DNA of 64,000 nucleotides, from the NCBI GenBank assembly GCA_022798105.1, contig JAAWLV010000001.1, forward strand, positions 409 through 64,408. Direction: 5' to 3'. The DNA comes from Hungatella sp. Lineage in GTDB: Bacteria; Bacillota; Clostridia; Lachnospirales; Lachnospiraceae. A model generated the notes under the pieces. The model had not been told where the DNA came from and did not search any database. It saw only the letters and a program-made list of their open reading frames with translations. Below are positions 17,071 through 26,584 of the stretch, one piece after another (position 1 is the stretch's first letter; every line of letters begins with the position of its first letter). Position numbers and translations under genes: made by a program.

Positions 17071-18759
17071 ATGGAGACAGTAAGATTTGACGAGTTGCAG
17101 TTGGACGAGAGGATACTTCGGGCGGTGACGGATATGGGATTTGAGGCGGCGTCGCCCATACAGGCCCAGGCCATCCCGGTGCAGATGGAGGGGCGGGATG
17201 TGGTGGGACAGGCCCAGACCGGAACGGGAAAAACCGCGGCATTCGGCATTCCTCTTTTGCAGAAAATAAATCCGGACAGCAAAAAGCTGCAGGCCATCGC
17301 CCTGTGCCCAACAAGGGAATTGGCCATTCAGGTTGCGGAGGAGATCCGAAGGCTGGCAAAATATATGCATGGGATCAAGGTGCTTCCCATTTATGGGGGC
17401 CAGGATATTGTAAGGCAGATCAGGGGGCTTAAAGACGGAACCCAGATCGTTATCGGGACTCCGGGCCGGGTTATGGATCATATGAGGAGAAAAACGATCC
17501 GCTGCGATCACATTCATACCGTGATCATGGATGAGGCGGACGAGATGCTGAATATGGGATTTTTGGAGGATATGGAGACCATTTTAAGCCAGCTTCCCGA
17601 GGAGCGTCAGACGGTAATGTTTTCTGCCACCATGCCTGTGGAAATCCAGAACATTGCCAGGAGATTTCAGAAAGAGCCGGTAATGGTCAAAGTGGTAAAA
17701 AAGGAACTGACGGTACCGAAAGTAACTCAGTATTATTACGAAGTAAAGCCCAAGACTAAAGTGGAAGTTATGTGCCGCCTTCTGGATATGTATGCGCCCA
17801 AGCTGTCCGTGGCTTTCTGCAATACTAAGAAGCAGGTTGATGAACTGGTGCAGGATCTTCAGGGAAGAGGGTATTTTGCAGAAGGACTTCACGGGGATTT
17901 GAAGCAGATGCAGCGGGACAGGGTTATGAGCAGTTTCAGAAACGGCACCACGGAGATTCTGGTAGCTACGGATGTGGCAGCCAGAGGAATCGATGTGGAC
18001 AATGTGGAGGCGGTGTTTAACTATGACATTCCCCAGGACGACGAGTACTATGTTCACCGTATCGGCCGTACAGGCCGCGCCGGCAAAGACGGGATTGCAT
18101 TCAGTTTGGTGGTAGGTAAGGAGGTCTATAAGCTCAGGGATATCCAGCGCTACTGCAAGACGAAGATTATTCCTCAGGCAATTCCCTCATTGGATGATAT
18201 TACTGCCATAAAGGCAGAAAAGATTATGGAACAGGTCATGGAGCTGATTAATGAGACGGATCTGACAAAGACCGTAAACTTTATTGAGAAAAAGATTCTG
18301 GAGGAGGAAGAGTGCACATCCCTGGATGTGGCGGCGGCTCTTCTGAAGCTGGCCATGGGGGAGGAAAATGAGGATGTCATTGACTGCAGCCGTCCGGCCC
18401 GTTCTTTAGACGATCTGGATCGGTATGGCCGCGACAGCCGTACAGGCCGCGGAAAAGGCGGCCGCGGAAGCCGTGACGGACGGTATGGGAGATATGACAG
18501 GGAAGACCGTGAAGACATGGCGAGGCTGTTTGTTAATATCGGGAAGAATCAGAATATCCGTCCCGGCGATGTGCTTGGAGCCGTGGCAGGCGAATCGGGA
18601 ATCTCAGGCAAGATGGTGGGGAGTATTGATATGTACGATAATTATACATTTGTGGAGGTTCCCAGGGAGTATGCCGACGCGGTTCTCAGAGCCATGAAAG
18701 ATGTGAAGATCAAAGGGAAAAATGTTCATGTGGAAAAGGCAAACGGAAGGGGAAGATAA
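17071..18759 (+). CDS. DEAD-box RNA helicase (DeaD/CshA-like) with C-terminal DbpA-type RNA-binding domain
   Basis: AQTGTGKT, PTRELA, DEAD, SAT, HRIGRTGRAG, an RG-rich linker and RLFVNIGK. Confidence 0.95.
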   Translation: METVRFDELQLDERILRAVTDMGFEAASPIQAQAIPVQMEGRDVVGQAQTGTGKTAAFGIPLLQKINPDSKKLQAIALCPTRELAIQVAEEIRRLAKYMHGIKVLPIYGGQDIVRQIRGLKDGTQIVIGTPGRVMDHMRRKTIRCDHIHTVIMDEADEMLNMGFLEDMETILSQLPEERQTVMFSATMPVEIQNIARRFQKEPVMVKVVKKELTVPKVTQYYYEVKPKTKVEVMCRLLDMYAPKLSVAFCNTKKQVDELVQDLQGRGYFAEGLHGDLKQMQRDRVMSSFRNGTTEILVATDVAARGIDVDNVEAVFNYDIPQDDEYYVHRIGRTGRAGKDGIAFSLVVGKEVYKLRDIQRYCKTKIIPQAIPSLDDITAIKAEKIMEQVMELINETDLTKTVNFIEKKILEEEECTSLDVAAALLKLAMGEENEDVIDCSRPARSLDDLDRYGRDSRTGRGKGGRGSRDGRYGRYDREDREDMARLFVNIGKNQNIRPGDVLGAVAGESGISGKMVGSIDMYDNYTFVEVPREYADAVLRAMKDVKIKGKNVHVEKANGRGR

Positions 18760-18875
18760 AACTTTTAAAATCTTGCTTTTTCTTTGAAGAATGGATATAC
18801 TGATGATATAAAAATCAGAGCAGCGCCAGACCGTATGGGGGAGCCGGAAAAGTGCCGCGGAGAGGAGAAGGCAAT

Positions 18876-20015
18876 ATGATATTACAAAGCAGAAGGGTAT
18901 GGATAGGCAGCCAGTTTCTGGAAGCACAGCTGGAGATTTCGGGAGGAAAAATTCAGGCAGTATACCCTTATGGGACAAGAGAAGCCGATGAGGATTACGG
19001 AAGCCGGAGGATTGTGCCGGGATTTATTGACGTCCACACTCACGGGGCTTACGGTTTTGATACCAATGACGGGGATCCGGAAGGTTTGCGGGATTGGATG
19101 CGGCGGATTCCGGAGGAGGGAGTTACAGGCATTCTTCCTACCACAGTTACCCAGATGCCGGAGGTCTTGACAAAAGCGGTGGCCAATGTGGCGGCGGTTG
19201 TGAAAGAGGGATATGAGGGAGCGGAGATTCTGGGGATCCATTTTGAAGGGCCGTATCTGGATATGGAGTACAAGGGAGCCCAGCCTCCGGAGGCCATTGC
19301 CGAACCTTCTGTAGAGCAGTTTAAGATGTATCAGGAGGCGGCAGAAGGGCTGATCAGGTATATAACCCTGGCTCCGGAGCATGATCCGGATTTTGCCCTT
19401 ACAAAACATTGTAAAAATACAGGGGTTGTGGTCAGCATGGGCCACTCTTCGGCTACCTATGAGCAGGCTATGATGGGAATTGCCAATGGGGCCACATCCA
19501 TGACCCATGTATTTAACGGGATGACTGCGTTCCACCACAGAAAACCGGGGCTGGTGGGAACGGCCATGAGGGTGCGGGACATTTACGGCGAGGTTATCAC
19601 CGATGGATGTCATTCCCATCTGGCCGCGCTCAATGACTATGTGACTGCCAAGGGGCGGGATTATACGATTATGATCACAGATTCCCTGCGCCCGAAGCAT
19701 TGTCCGGCCGGCGGAGACTATGAGCTGGGAGGCCATCCCATCGAAATCAGTGAAAGCGGCCTGGCTTACCTGAAAGGAACCCAGACGATTGCAGGAAGTA
19801 CCCTGAATATGAATAAGGGGCTGAAAATTATGGTGGAGGAAGCTCTGATTCCTTTTGACACGGCGCTGAACAGCTGCACCATTAATCCTGCCAGATGCCT
19901 CAACGTTGATGATCGCAAGGGCAGGCTGACAGCCGGGTATGATGCGGATATCGTTGTGTTGGAAGACAATTATGATGTGAGCCAGACCTATTGCCGGGGA
20001 AAGAAGATGCTCTAA
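18876..20015 (+). CDS. nagA: N-acetylglucosamine-6-phosphate deacetylase
   Basis: PGFIDVHTHG, HFEGPY, THVFNGM, TDSL and IAGS. Confidence 0.93.
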   Translation: MILQSRRVWIGSQFLEAQLEISGGKIQAVYPYGTREADEDYGSRRIVPGFIDVHTHGAYGFDTNDGDPEGLRDWMRRIPEEGVTGILPTTVTQMPEVLTKAVANVAAVVKEGYEGAEILGIHFEGPYLDMEYKGAQPPEAIAEPSVEQFKMYQEAAEGLIRYITLAPEHDPDFALTKHCKNTGVVVSMGHSSATYEQAMMGIANGATSMTHVFNGMTAFHHRKPGLVGTAMRVRDIYGEVITDGCHSHLAALNDYVTAKGRDYTIMITDSLRPKHCPAGGDYELGGHPIEISESGLAYLKGTQTIAGSTLNMNKGLKIMVEEALIPFDTALNSCTINPARCLNVDDRKGRLTAGYDADIVVLEDNYDVSQTYCRGKKML

Positions 20016-20017
20016 TA

Positions 20018-20066
20018 AAACAGACTGAGATAAAACAGGAAATGTCTTATCTCAGTCTGTTGTTTT
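20018..20066. terminator. Bidirectional terminator
   Basis: AACAGACTGAGATAA...TTATCTCAGTCTGTT inverted repeat between convergent genes. Confidence 0.8.
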
Positions 20067-21271
20067 TAACAGAATACATGTTCCGATAAACGCTTAAACG
20101 CCTCCTGCACCCGGCTTAAAGGCAGTGCCAGGTTCATACGGATGGTGTAGGGCCTGTTGAAAGGACGTCCGTCCTGCCAGATAACACCTACATCCCATCC
20201 GGCTCTTAACAGCTGATCCAACGTTATTTGGTGTTCCATGCACCAGACGGAACAGTCCAGATACAGCATGTAAGTGCCCTGGGGCCTGCTTAAGGAGATA
20301 CCCTTAAAATGGCTGGCTATATAATTGCAGGCATAGTCAACGTTGCCGCTTAACACCTGACACAGCTCGTCTACCCAGTCTTGCCCCTCCTGACAATAAG
20401 CTCCTGTAAGAGCATGCATGGACAGGACATTGGGAGAATTGTAATGGCTTAAAGAGGACTGTTTCGTGAGCCTGTCACGGAGATACTTATTATAAACAAT
20501 ATGGTACGAACCTACCAGCCCTGCCAGGTTAAAGGTTTTGGACGGCGCGTACACAGCCACGGTGCGGTTTTTGGCGTCCTTGGACACGGACTGGGTGGGA
20601 ATGTGCTTATGTCCGTCTAAAAGCAGGTCCGACCAGATTTCATCGGAAACAACCACACAGTCATTGGCACGGTATATTTCCATGGCTTTTTCGATTTCCC
20701 ACCGTTCCCATACACGCCCCGTCGGATTATGGGGGGAGCAGAACACGGCGAAGTGGATGGAGTGCTCTTTTAACTTGCTGTCCATATCCTCGTAATCCAT
20801 GCGCCATATCCCGTCTTCATCCAAAACCAGCTCACTGAGGATCAGCTTATATCCTGCGTTGGTAAGGCTGCCGGTAAAGCCGATATAGGTGGGCGCGTGG
20901 AGAAGGATCTTGTCCCCGGAGGAACAGAATGCCTGGGCTGCGGACACAACACATCCCAGAACCCCGTTTTCATAGCCGATATGTTCCTTTGACAGGCCGG
21001 TTACATGGTTGCGGCTTTCCTGCCAGCGGATGATACTGTCAAAATACGCATCGGACAGGTCGAAATATCCGTAGGCCGGATGTGCAGCGCGGGCTGCAAT
21101 GGCCGACGGCACGGTGGGCACTGTGGGAAAGTTCATATCGGCCACCCACATGGGGATAAGATCATACCCCTCTTTAGGCCCGCCGGGGGCAGTGGGAATC
21201 CTGCCGGGATTATCCACTGCAATGGCGTCTATCCCCCGGCGCTCCATAATAGAAGTAAAATCGTATTTCAT
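20066..21271 (-). CDS. MalY/PatB-family PLP-dependent C-S lyase
   Basis: MKYDF start, PMWVADMNF, CSPHNPTGRVW and APSKTFNLAGL. The track's 105-aa N-terminal extension overlaps the upstream gene. Confidence 0.9.
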   Translation of the reverse strand: MKYDFTSIMERRGIDAIAVDNPGRIPTAPGGPKEGYDLIPMWVADMNFPTVPTVPSAIAARAAHPAYGYFDLSDAYFDSIIRWQESRNHVTGLSKEHIGYENGVLGCVVSAAQAFCSSGDKILLHAPTYIGFTGSLTNAGYKLILSELVLDEDGIWRMDYEDMDSKLKEHSIHFAVFCSPHNPTGRVWERWEIEKAMEIYRANDCVVVSDEIWSDLLLDGHKHIPTQSVSKDAKNRTVAVYAPSKTFNLAGLVGSYHIVYNKYLRDRLTKQSSLSHYNSPNVLSMHALTGAYCQEGQDWVDELCQVLSGNVDYACNYIASHFKGISLSRPQGTYMLYLDCSVWCMEHQITLDQLLRAGWDVGVIWQDGRPFNRPYTIRMNLALPLSRVQEAFKRLSEHVFC

Positions 21272-21279
21272 AAGCTGCC

Positions 21280-22131
21280 TTAACCTTTCAGGCCGGAAGT
21301 ACTGATACCTTCCACCAGATACTTCTGCAGGCAGATAAACATTGCCACTGCAGGCAGGATAGACAGGCTGGCCATGGCGAACATGGCGCCGTAGTCCGAG
21401 GAGGACCCCGGGTCGCTGAACAGCTTCAGTGCAAGGCTGACCGGATATTTGGCTGACTCGTTGATGTAGAGCAGAGCTGACAGGAAATCGTCCCATCTCC
21501 ACATGAAGGAGAAAATCGTACAGGTGATCAGTGCCGGGGAGATCAGAGGAAGAATAACCCGGCCGAAGATACCGTAATAGGAGCATCCGTCTATCTTGGC
21601 AGCCTCATCCAGCTCTCTGGGAATTCCGTCAATAAAATTCATGATCTGGTATACAAAAAATCCCTGAATTGCAAAAAAGTAGGGAATAATAAGCGGCTTA
21701 AAGGAGCCGACCCAGCCCAGTTTCTGATACCACAGATACTGCGGGATCATCAAAACCTGCGCAGGAAGCATCATGGAAAGAAGCATAGCTATAAACAGGA
21801 TCCTTCTTCCGAAGAATTTACATCTGGAAAGCCCGTACGCAACCAGCGCAGAGGAAATCAGCGTTCCGATGGTTGCAATGATGGAGATGAACAAAGAGTT
21901 CTTAAAAAAGGTGGCAAACGTAATCTTTGCAAATCCTTTCCAGCCGTTGGCATAGTTTTCCAGTACAAACGGAGCGGGGAACAGCTGGCCTGCCGTGGTA
22001 AAGATGGTCTCCGTTTTCTTAAAGGAACTCATAACCATCCACACAAGGGGATAGATCATAATAAGACCGATACCGCACACAAGTACATGATAAATAGCTT
22101 TTCCAATAATACGTTTTTCCTTCATACCCAT
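21280..22131 (-). CDS. Carbohydrate ABC transporter permease
   Basis: EAA loop ELDEAAKIDG and multiple TM helices. Confidence 0.92.
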   Translation of the reverse strand: MGMKEKRIIGKAIYHVLVCGIGLIMIYPLVWMVMSSFKKTETIFTTAGQLFPAPFVLENYANGWKGFAKITFATFFKNSLFISIIATIGTLISSALVAYGLSRCKFFGRRILFIAMLLSMMLPAQVLMIPQYLWYQKLGWVGSFKPLIIPYFFAIQGFFVYQIMNFIDGIPRELDEAAKIDGCSYYGIFGRVILPLISPALITCTIFSFMWRWDDFLSALLYINESAKYPVSLALKLFSDPGSSSDYGAMFAMASLSILPAVAMFICLQKYLVEGISTSGLKG

Positions 22132-22134
22132 AAA

Positions 22135-23046
22135 TTACAGCCCCCCTTCATAAACCCACAGTTTCTTCGTGGCAAACAGTACGAGCGTGATCAAACTGAT
22201 AATCAGGAGCATTACCCAGGCGAGAGCCGCACCGTAACCGGTGTTGTAAAACTCAAAGGACTGCTGGTACATATAAACCGTGTAGAACAGCGTAGAGTTA
22301 AGCGGTTTTCCCTTGGTGATAATAAAACACTGGGTAAATGCCAGGAATCCGTTGATCATCTGCATAACCAGATTAAAGAAGATCGTCGGTGTCAAAAGGG
22401 GCAGCGTAATCTTCCAGAACTGGCTCCACTTATTGGCGCCGTCCACTGTGGAAGCCTCATACAGGGAGGACGGAATCTGCTTTAAAGAGGAGAGGAAAAT
22501 AAGCATGGAAGAACCGAACTGCCATACGGCCAGGATGATCAGCATCCAGATAGCTGTTTTTGTATTGCCCAGCCAGGCAAAACTGGTTTTGATGCCAATG
22601 GAACCCAGCAATGTATTAATAACACCGTCAGTGGCCCACATTCTTCTCCACAGTACCGCTACGGCTACAGAGCCGCCGATAATGGAGGGAAGATAGTATG
22701 CGGCGCGATAAAAACCGGTGGCTTTTGTCGTCTTAAGAAGAAGCATGGCAACCAGCAATGCAAAGATCAGACGAAGAGGAACGGAAACAAGGGCAAAATA
22801 GAATGTAACGCCGATGGTCTGCCAGAATACTTCGTCGTCCGTAAACATCTTGATATAGTTGGCTGCGCCCGTAAAGACAGCCGGTGTCAGAATATTGTAG
22901 TCACAGAATGAATAATAAAGGGATATTCCCATAGGAACAATCATAAACAGCAGGAAACCGATAATAAACGGCATGCAGAATACCACGCCGGCTACGTGTT
23001 CCTGCCCCATCCACTGTCGAAAAGTCAGGTTTTTTTTCTTGTTCAT
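22135..23046 (-). CDS. Carbohydrate ABC transporter permease
   Basis: SLYEASTVDGA...ITLPLLTP. AAGGAGG RBS. Confidence 0.92.
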   Translation of the reverse strand: MNKKKNLTFRQWMGQEHVAGVVFCMPFIIGFLLFMIVPMGISLYYSFCDYNILTPAVFTGAANYIKMFTDDEVFWQTIGVTFYFALVSVPLRLIFALLVAMLLLKTTKATGFYRAAYYLPSIIGGSVAVAVLWRRMWATDGVINTLLGSIGIKTSFAWLGNTKTAIWMLIILAVWQFGSSMLIFLSSLKQIPSSLYEASTVDGANKWSQFWKITLPLLTPTIFFNLVMQMINGFLAFTQCFIITKGKPLNSTLFYTVYMYQQSFEFYNTGYGAALAWVMLLIISLITLVLFATKKLWVYEGGL

Positions 23047-23100
23047 GTGCAAACCTCCTTTTTATTTTGCCATAACCCCATAAATGTATGTCAGACTGGA

Positions 23101-23134
23101 AAAAGGGAGCAAAGAAACGGCTTTGCTCCCTTTC
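23101..23134 (-). terminator. Hairpin after the SBP gene (partial terminator or mRNA stabiliser)
   Basis: AAAGGGAGCAAAG...CTTTGCTCCCTTT. Confidence 0.6.
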
Positions 23135-23156
23135 CCGTTATGTATAGCGGATTCAA

Positions 23157-24524
23157 TTACTTGGTAGCCATGATCTTGTTGGCCTCTGCAAAGAATTCGG
23201 CAGCGGCAGCGGTTTCATCCAGCTGGCCGTAGCAGACTTTCTCCACAGTACGGTTCAGGAGATCATAAACCTCGCTGGCGCCGTCCGGCTGTGGCGGGTT
23301 GATAGGAGAACAGTTTGGAGTTACTACATCATTGATGAATGCGGTAACCTGCTGATCAATTTCGCTTAACTGAGGAGCAACCTCTGCTGCAATATCAGCC
23401 GGAGCCGGGATTCCTCTCTCTCCTAACAGGATGTTGTTGGCGTCGGAGGAGTTGATCAGGTAATCGAGAACCTTCACTGCCTCGTCTACATTCTTGGTAT
23501 GAGCGCCTACTGAGAAGAACTGGCTGGACTTTAAGTATCCGGATTTTACCGGGTCCGGAGCGGGCCATGTGGAGATGCCTACTTCCATGCCTTCGGGAGC
23601 CGCGTTCTGCATGGCTGTCATCTGGTTGGAGTTGGACAGAGCGCACCAGGACTGGGTCTCAGGGGTGGAACTGTAAACCATAGGACACTGCTCTACGGAA
23701 CCGATGGCGATCTCGGCGAATACGTCGGGACTCAGCATCCAGCCCTCGTTTAAGCCTTTGGTGTACATGGCAAAGAACGGAATCCAGGAGGTCTCGTCGC
23801 CGTTCATGCACTTGTCGCCGAAGGGAACGATATCATAGGATCTCATAAAGTACTCGCTCCAGGAGTTTACAGTACCATAGGAAATATCTGTCTTAACTCC
23901 GGTCTTTTCATAGATCTCTTTGGAGAGAGCAAAGAACTCATCCATGGTCATGTTATCTTTAACCGTGATGCCGTTGGCATCGAGAAGTGTTTTGTTGTAC
24001 AGAAGGGCCGGTGAGTTGATGCCGGCTGCAATGGCATATACACCGCCGTCTACGCTTCCGGAAGCCAGAGTGTTCTCTGAGATTTCGGAAACATCCAGAG
24101 CGCCGCTGTCAATGTAAGGCTGCAGATCTACCAGCAGTCCGCTCTTGGCATACTGGTCTAGATACATGTAGTCCATCTGAACAATATCGGGAATGGCCTG
24201 GCCTGCCGCGGATGTGGCAAGTTTGTTCCAGTAATCGGACCACTCGGAGAACTGGCCCTCAATGGTCACGCCCGGATTTAACTCGGAATACTTGTCAAGA
24301 GCCGCCTGGGTTCTCTCGTTACGCACCTGGTTGCCCCACCAGCACATGGTCAGAGCAAGGCTGCCTGCCGCTGCATCCCCGCTGCCGGAACCGCCTGCCG
24401 CCGCCGTGGTCTCTCCGCCGCCTGCCGCTGCCGTGGTGTCAGCCGTACCGGAACCGCCGCCGCATCCGGCTAAAGCTGTAGCTGTCATAGCACAGGCCAT
24501 CAGTAACGCAATTTTTTTCTTCAT
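23157..24524 (-). CDS. Sugar ABC transporter substrate-binding lipoprotein
   Basis: MKKKIALL...LAGC lipobox, Gly/Ala/Thr linker, WWGNQVR and PDIVQMD. Confidence 0.92.
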   Translation of the reverse strand: MKKKIALLMACAMTATALAGCGGGSGTADTTAAAGGGETTAAAGGSGSGDAAAGSLALTMCWWGNQVRNERTQAALDKYSELNPGVTIEGQFSEWSDYWNKLATSAAGQAIPDIVQMDYMYLDQYAKSGLLVDLQPYIDSGALDVSEISENTLASGSVDGGVYAIAAGINSPALLYNKTLLDANGITVKDNMTMDEFFALSKEIYEKTGVKTDISYGTVNSWSEYFMRSYDIVPFGDKCMNGDETSWIPFFAMYTKGLNEGWMLSPDVFAEIAIGSVEQCPMVYSSTPETQSWCALSNSNQMTAMQNAAPEGMEVGISTWPAPDPVKSGYLKSSQFFSVGAHTKNVDEAVKVLDYLINSSDANNILLGERGIPAPADIAAEVAPQLSEIDQQVTAFINDVVTPNCSPINPPQPDGASEVYDLLNRTVEKVCYGQLDETAAAAEFFAEANKIMATK

Positions 24525-24559
24525 AAATTTTTCCTCCATCCTAGATTTCAAGTACTAAT

Positions 24560-24627
24560 ATTATACTCTGTTTCAGGCAGTGTGTAAATGCTAAAAACCG
24601 GTTTTAGGGTTTAAAAAACCGATTTTA
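24560..24627 (-). promoter_or_regulatory. ABC operon promoter with a direct repeat at 21-bp period (candidate YesN/AraC-type site)
   Basis: On the minus strand: TTTACA, 17 nt, TATAAT (24588-24560). AAAAACCGRTTTTA at 24593 and 24614. Confidence 0.65.
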
Positions 24628-24811
24628 TTGTATAGATTGCATATATTGTTTTAAGAGGGGATAGGGACGATGTGATATTTTCGACAGAGAAAACAAATTT
24701 CTTTTGTGAAATTTTTAAGAAGCCATTGTTTTAAAGCCATATATTGTATATAATGATAGGCAGTAATATCCGTATGGCAGTCTTATATTTTGGTGCAGGG
24801 GAGGCCCGTGG

Positions 24812-26584
24812 ATGAAGCATTTTATACGCAATTTATCTTTAAAAAAGAAGATCCAGTGGATTGTTTTTCTCTGTGTCTTCCTTATGACTGCCACAGCTTT
24901 TATAAGCAATCATCTGATTGCTGCCTCCTATGATAAACTGCTGTACCAAACCATTGCATCTTCTTTATCCGTATCATCTCTTCAGATGCAGAACAGTCTT
25001 GAGAATCTGAATACCATGGCGGATCTGATTCTGGGAGATGCAGGGCTTCAGAGGGATCTGGGAGCCATGAAAGATTCAGAACGGATTCAGGATATTAACG
25101 ATGCGTACAGAAGCGCTTACACCTCGCTGATGGAATACTATTTCACATTCCGCAGGTATCATATTGATTATATGACGCTTTATCAGGACAGTCTGGCCAT
25201 CCGCACCCATCTGCCGTCCTCCCGGGGGCCGCTTCCCCAGGAGGTGGAGGACGATTTAAAGAGGAGGGCTCTCGAAGCGGACGGAGCTGTGGCCTGGATT
25301 ACGGATTACAGCCGGGATTACGGACTGTTTTTGGTAAGATCCATCAGGCGTACCGAATATCTGCGCCTGGACAGCATAGGGATTCTGGTGGTGAACATAA
25401 ATCCCAGGAGTATGGCAAAAGAAGCCACAGATTCCGCCCTTTTTCAGAGAGAGGCGGCCTATCTTCTGTCTGACAGCGATAATTTTATCTATGTATCCGA
25501 TATCCTTCCGTCCCAGGCAGTATCCGGTTTTTCGGATCGGATGGAAGGGACCTATGGGACGGAGCGCTTTGGCGGGAATGACTTTTTTTATGTAAAAAGC
25601 CGTATTCCCGAATTTAACTGGAACTACACATGTGTCGTCCCTTATGATGCCATCCGGTCTTCCCTTGATACAAGCCGAAATCTGTGTGTGCTCATTCTGC
25701 TGGTGTCCATGGTACTGACCGTGATCATGTCCTCCCGGATCATCCGCTCCATTACCAGGCATTTTGAAAATCTGCTGCAGAAGATAAAAAATTTCGGTGA
25801 AGGGAATCAGAGGCCCCTTGCCATGGAATACAACTACAGGGACAGGACCGATGAGCTGGGGATACTCCACAGGCAGTTTGACTACATGGTGGAGGAGGTG
25901 AACCAGCTGATCCGCACCAATTATCTCAATGAAATTTTGATCAAAGACGCCCAGTTTAAAGCGCTGGAGAGTCAGATGAATCCTCACTTTCTGTACAATA
26001 CGCTGGAGTCCATCAACTGGAGAGCCAAACTGATTGGTGCAAAAGATATCTCGTCCATGGCGGAGGCACTGGGGACGCTGCTGCGTATCACATTGGATCA
26101 GACAGATAAACAGGTTCCTTTAAGCCGGGAACTGGAATTGGTGAAGTGTTATATGGTTATCCAGAAATACCGATATGAAGAAAGGCTTGATTACGAGATA
26201 CAGATACCGAAAGAGCTGCTGGGCTGTTATGTGCTGAAATTAACGCTCCAGCCTCTGGTGGAGAATGCCGTCCGGTACGGACTTGAGGAGAGCACTGAAG
26301 GGTGCCTGATCCAGATTGTTGCCCAGGCGGACAGGGAAAAGGAGATTCTTCATATATATATAAAGAATAACGGTTCTTCTTTCCAGGACGATCTTTTAAG
26401 GAAACTGGAGAGACATGAGGTTCAGCCTCACGGTTTTGGCATCGGACTTCTCAATATCAGGGATAGGATGCTGCTTACATTTGGTGAGGGTTACGGTCTT
26501 GATCTTTACAATGAGGACGATCTTGCAGTCGCGCGTCTGACCTGCCCTTTGACGGATATATCGAAAGGAGTGCCTACATGCTGA
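24812..26584 (+). CDS. YesM/LytS-type sensor histidine kinase
   Basis: Cache and HAMP regions, SQMNPHFLYNTLESI and LQPLVENAVRYG. Confidence 0.93.
   Translation: MKHFIRNLSLKKKIQWIVFLCVFLMTATAFISNHLIAASYDKLLYQTIASSLSVSSLQMQNSLENLNTMADLILGDAGLQRDLGAMKDSERIQDINDAYRSAYTSLMEYYFTFRRYHIDYMTLYQDSLAIRTHLPSSRGPLPQEVEDDLKRRALEADGAVAWITDYSRDYGLFLVRSIRRTEYLRLDSIGILVVNINPRSMAKEATDSALFQREAAYLLSDSDNFIYVSDILPSQAVSGFSDRMEGTYGTERFGGNDFFYVKSRIPEFNWNYTCVVPYDAIRSSLDTSRNLCVLILLVSMVLTVIMSSRIIRSITRHFENLLQKIKNFGEGNQRPLAMEYNYRDRTDELGILHRQFDYMVEEVNQLIRTNYLNEILIKDAQFKALESQMNPHFLYNTLESINWRAKLIGAKDISSMAEALGTLLRITLDQTDKQVPLSRELELVKCYMVIQKYRYEERLDYEIQIPKELLGCYVLKLTLQPLVENAVRYGLEESTEGCLIQIVAQADREKEILHIYIKNNGSSFQDDLLRKLERHEVQPHGFGIGLLNIRDRMLLTFGEGYGLDLYNEDDLAVARLTCPLTDISKGVPTC

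Noticed and set aside
21272-21586. N-terminal extensions in the track for PatB, and likewise 31311-31490 and 41864-41965
   Set aside because: They overlap neighbouring genes or leaders. Family-typical starts lie downstream.
24360-24470. GCC-rich low-complexity repeats in the SBP gene
   Set aside because: They encode the ordinary Gly/Ala/Thr linker after a lipobox.
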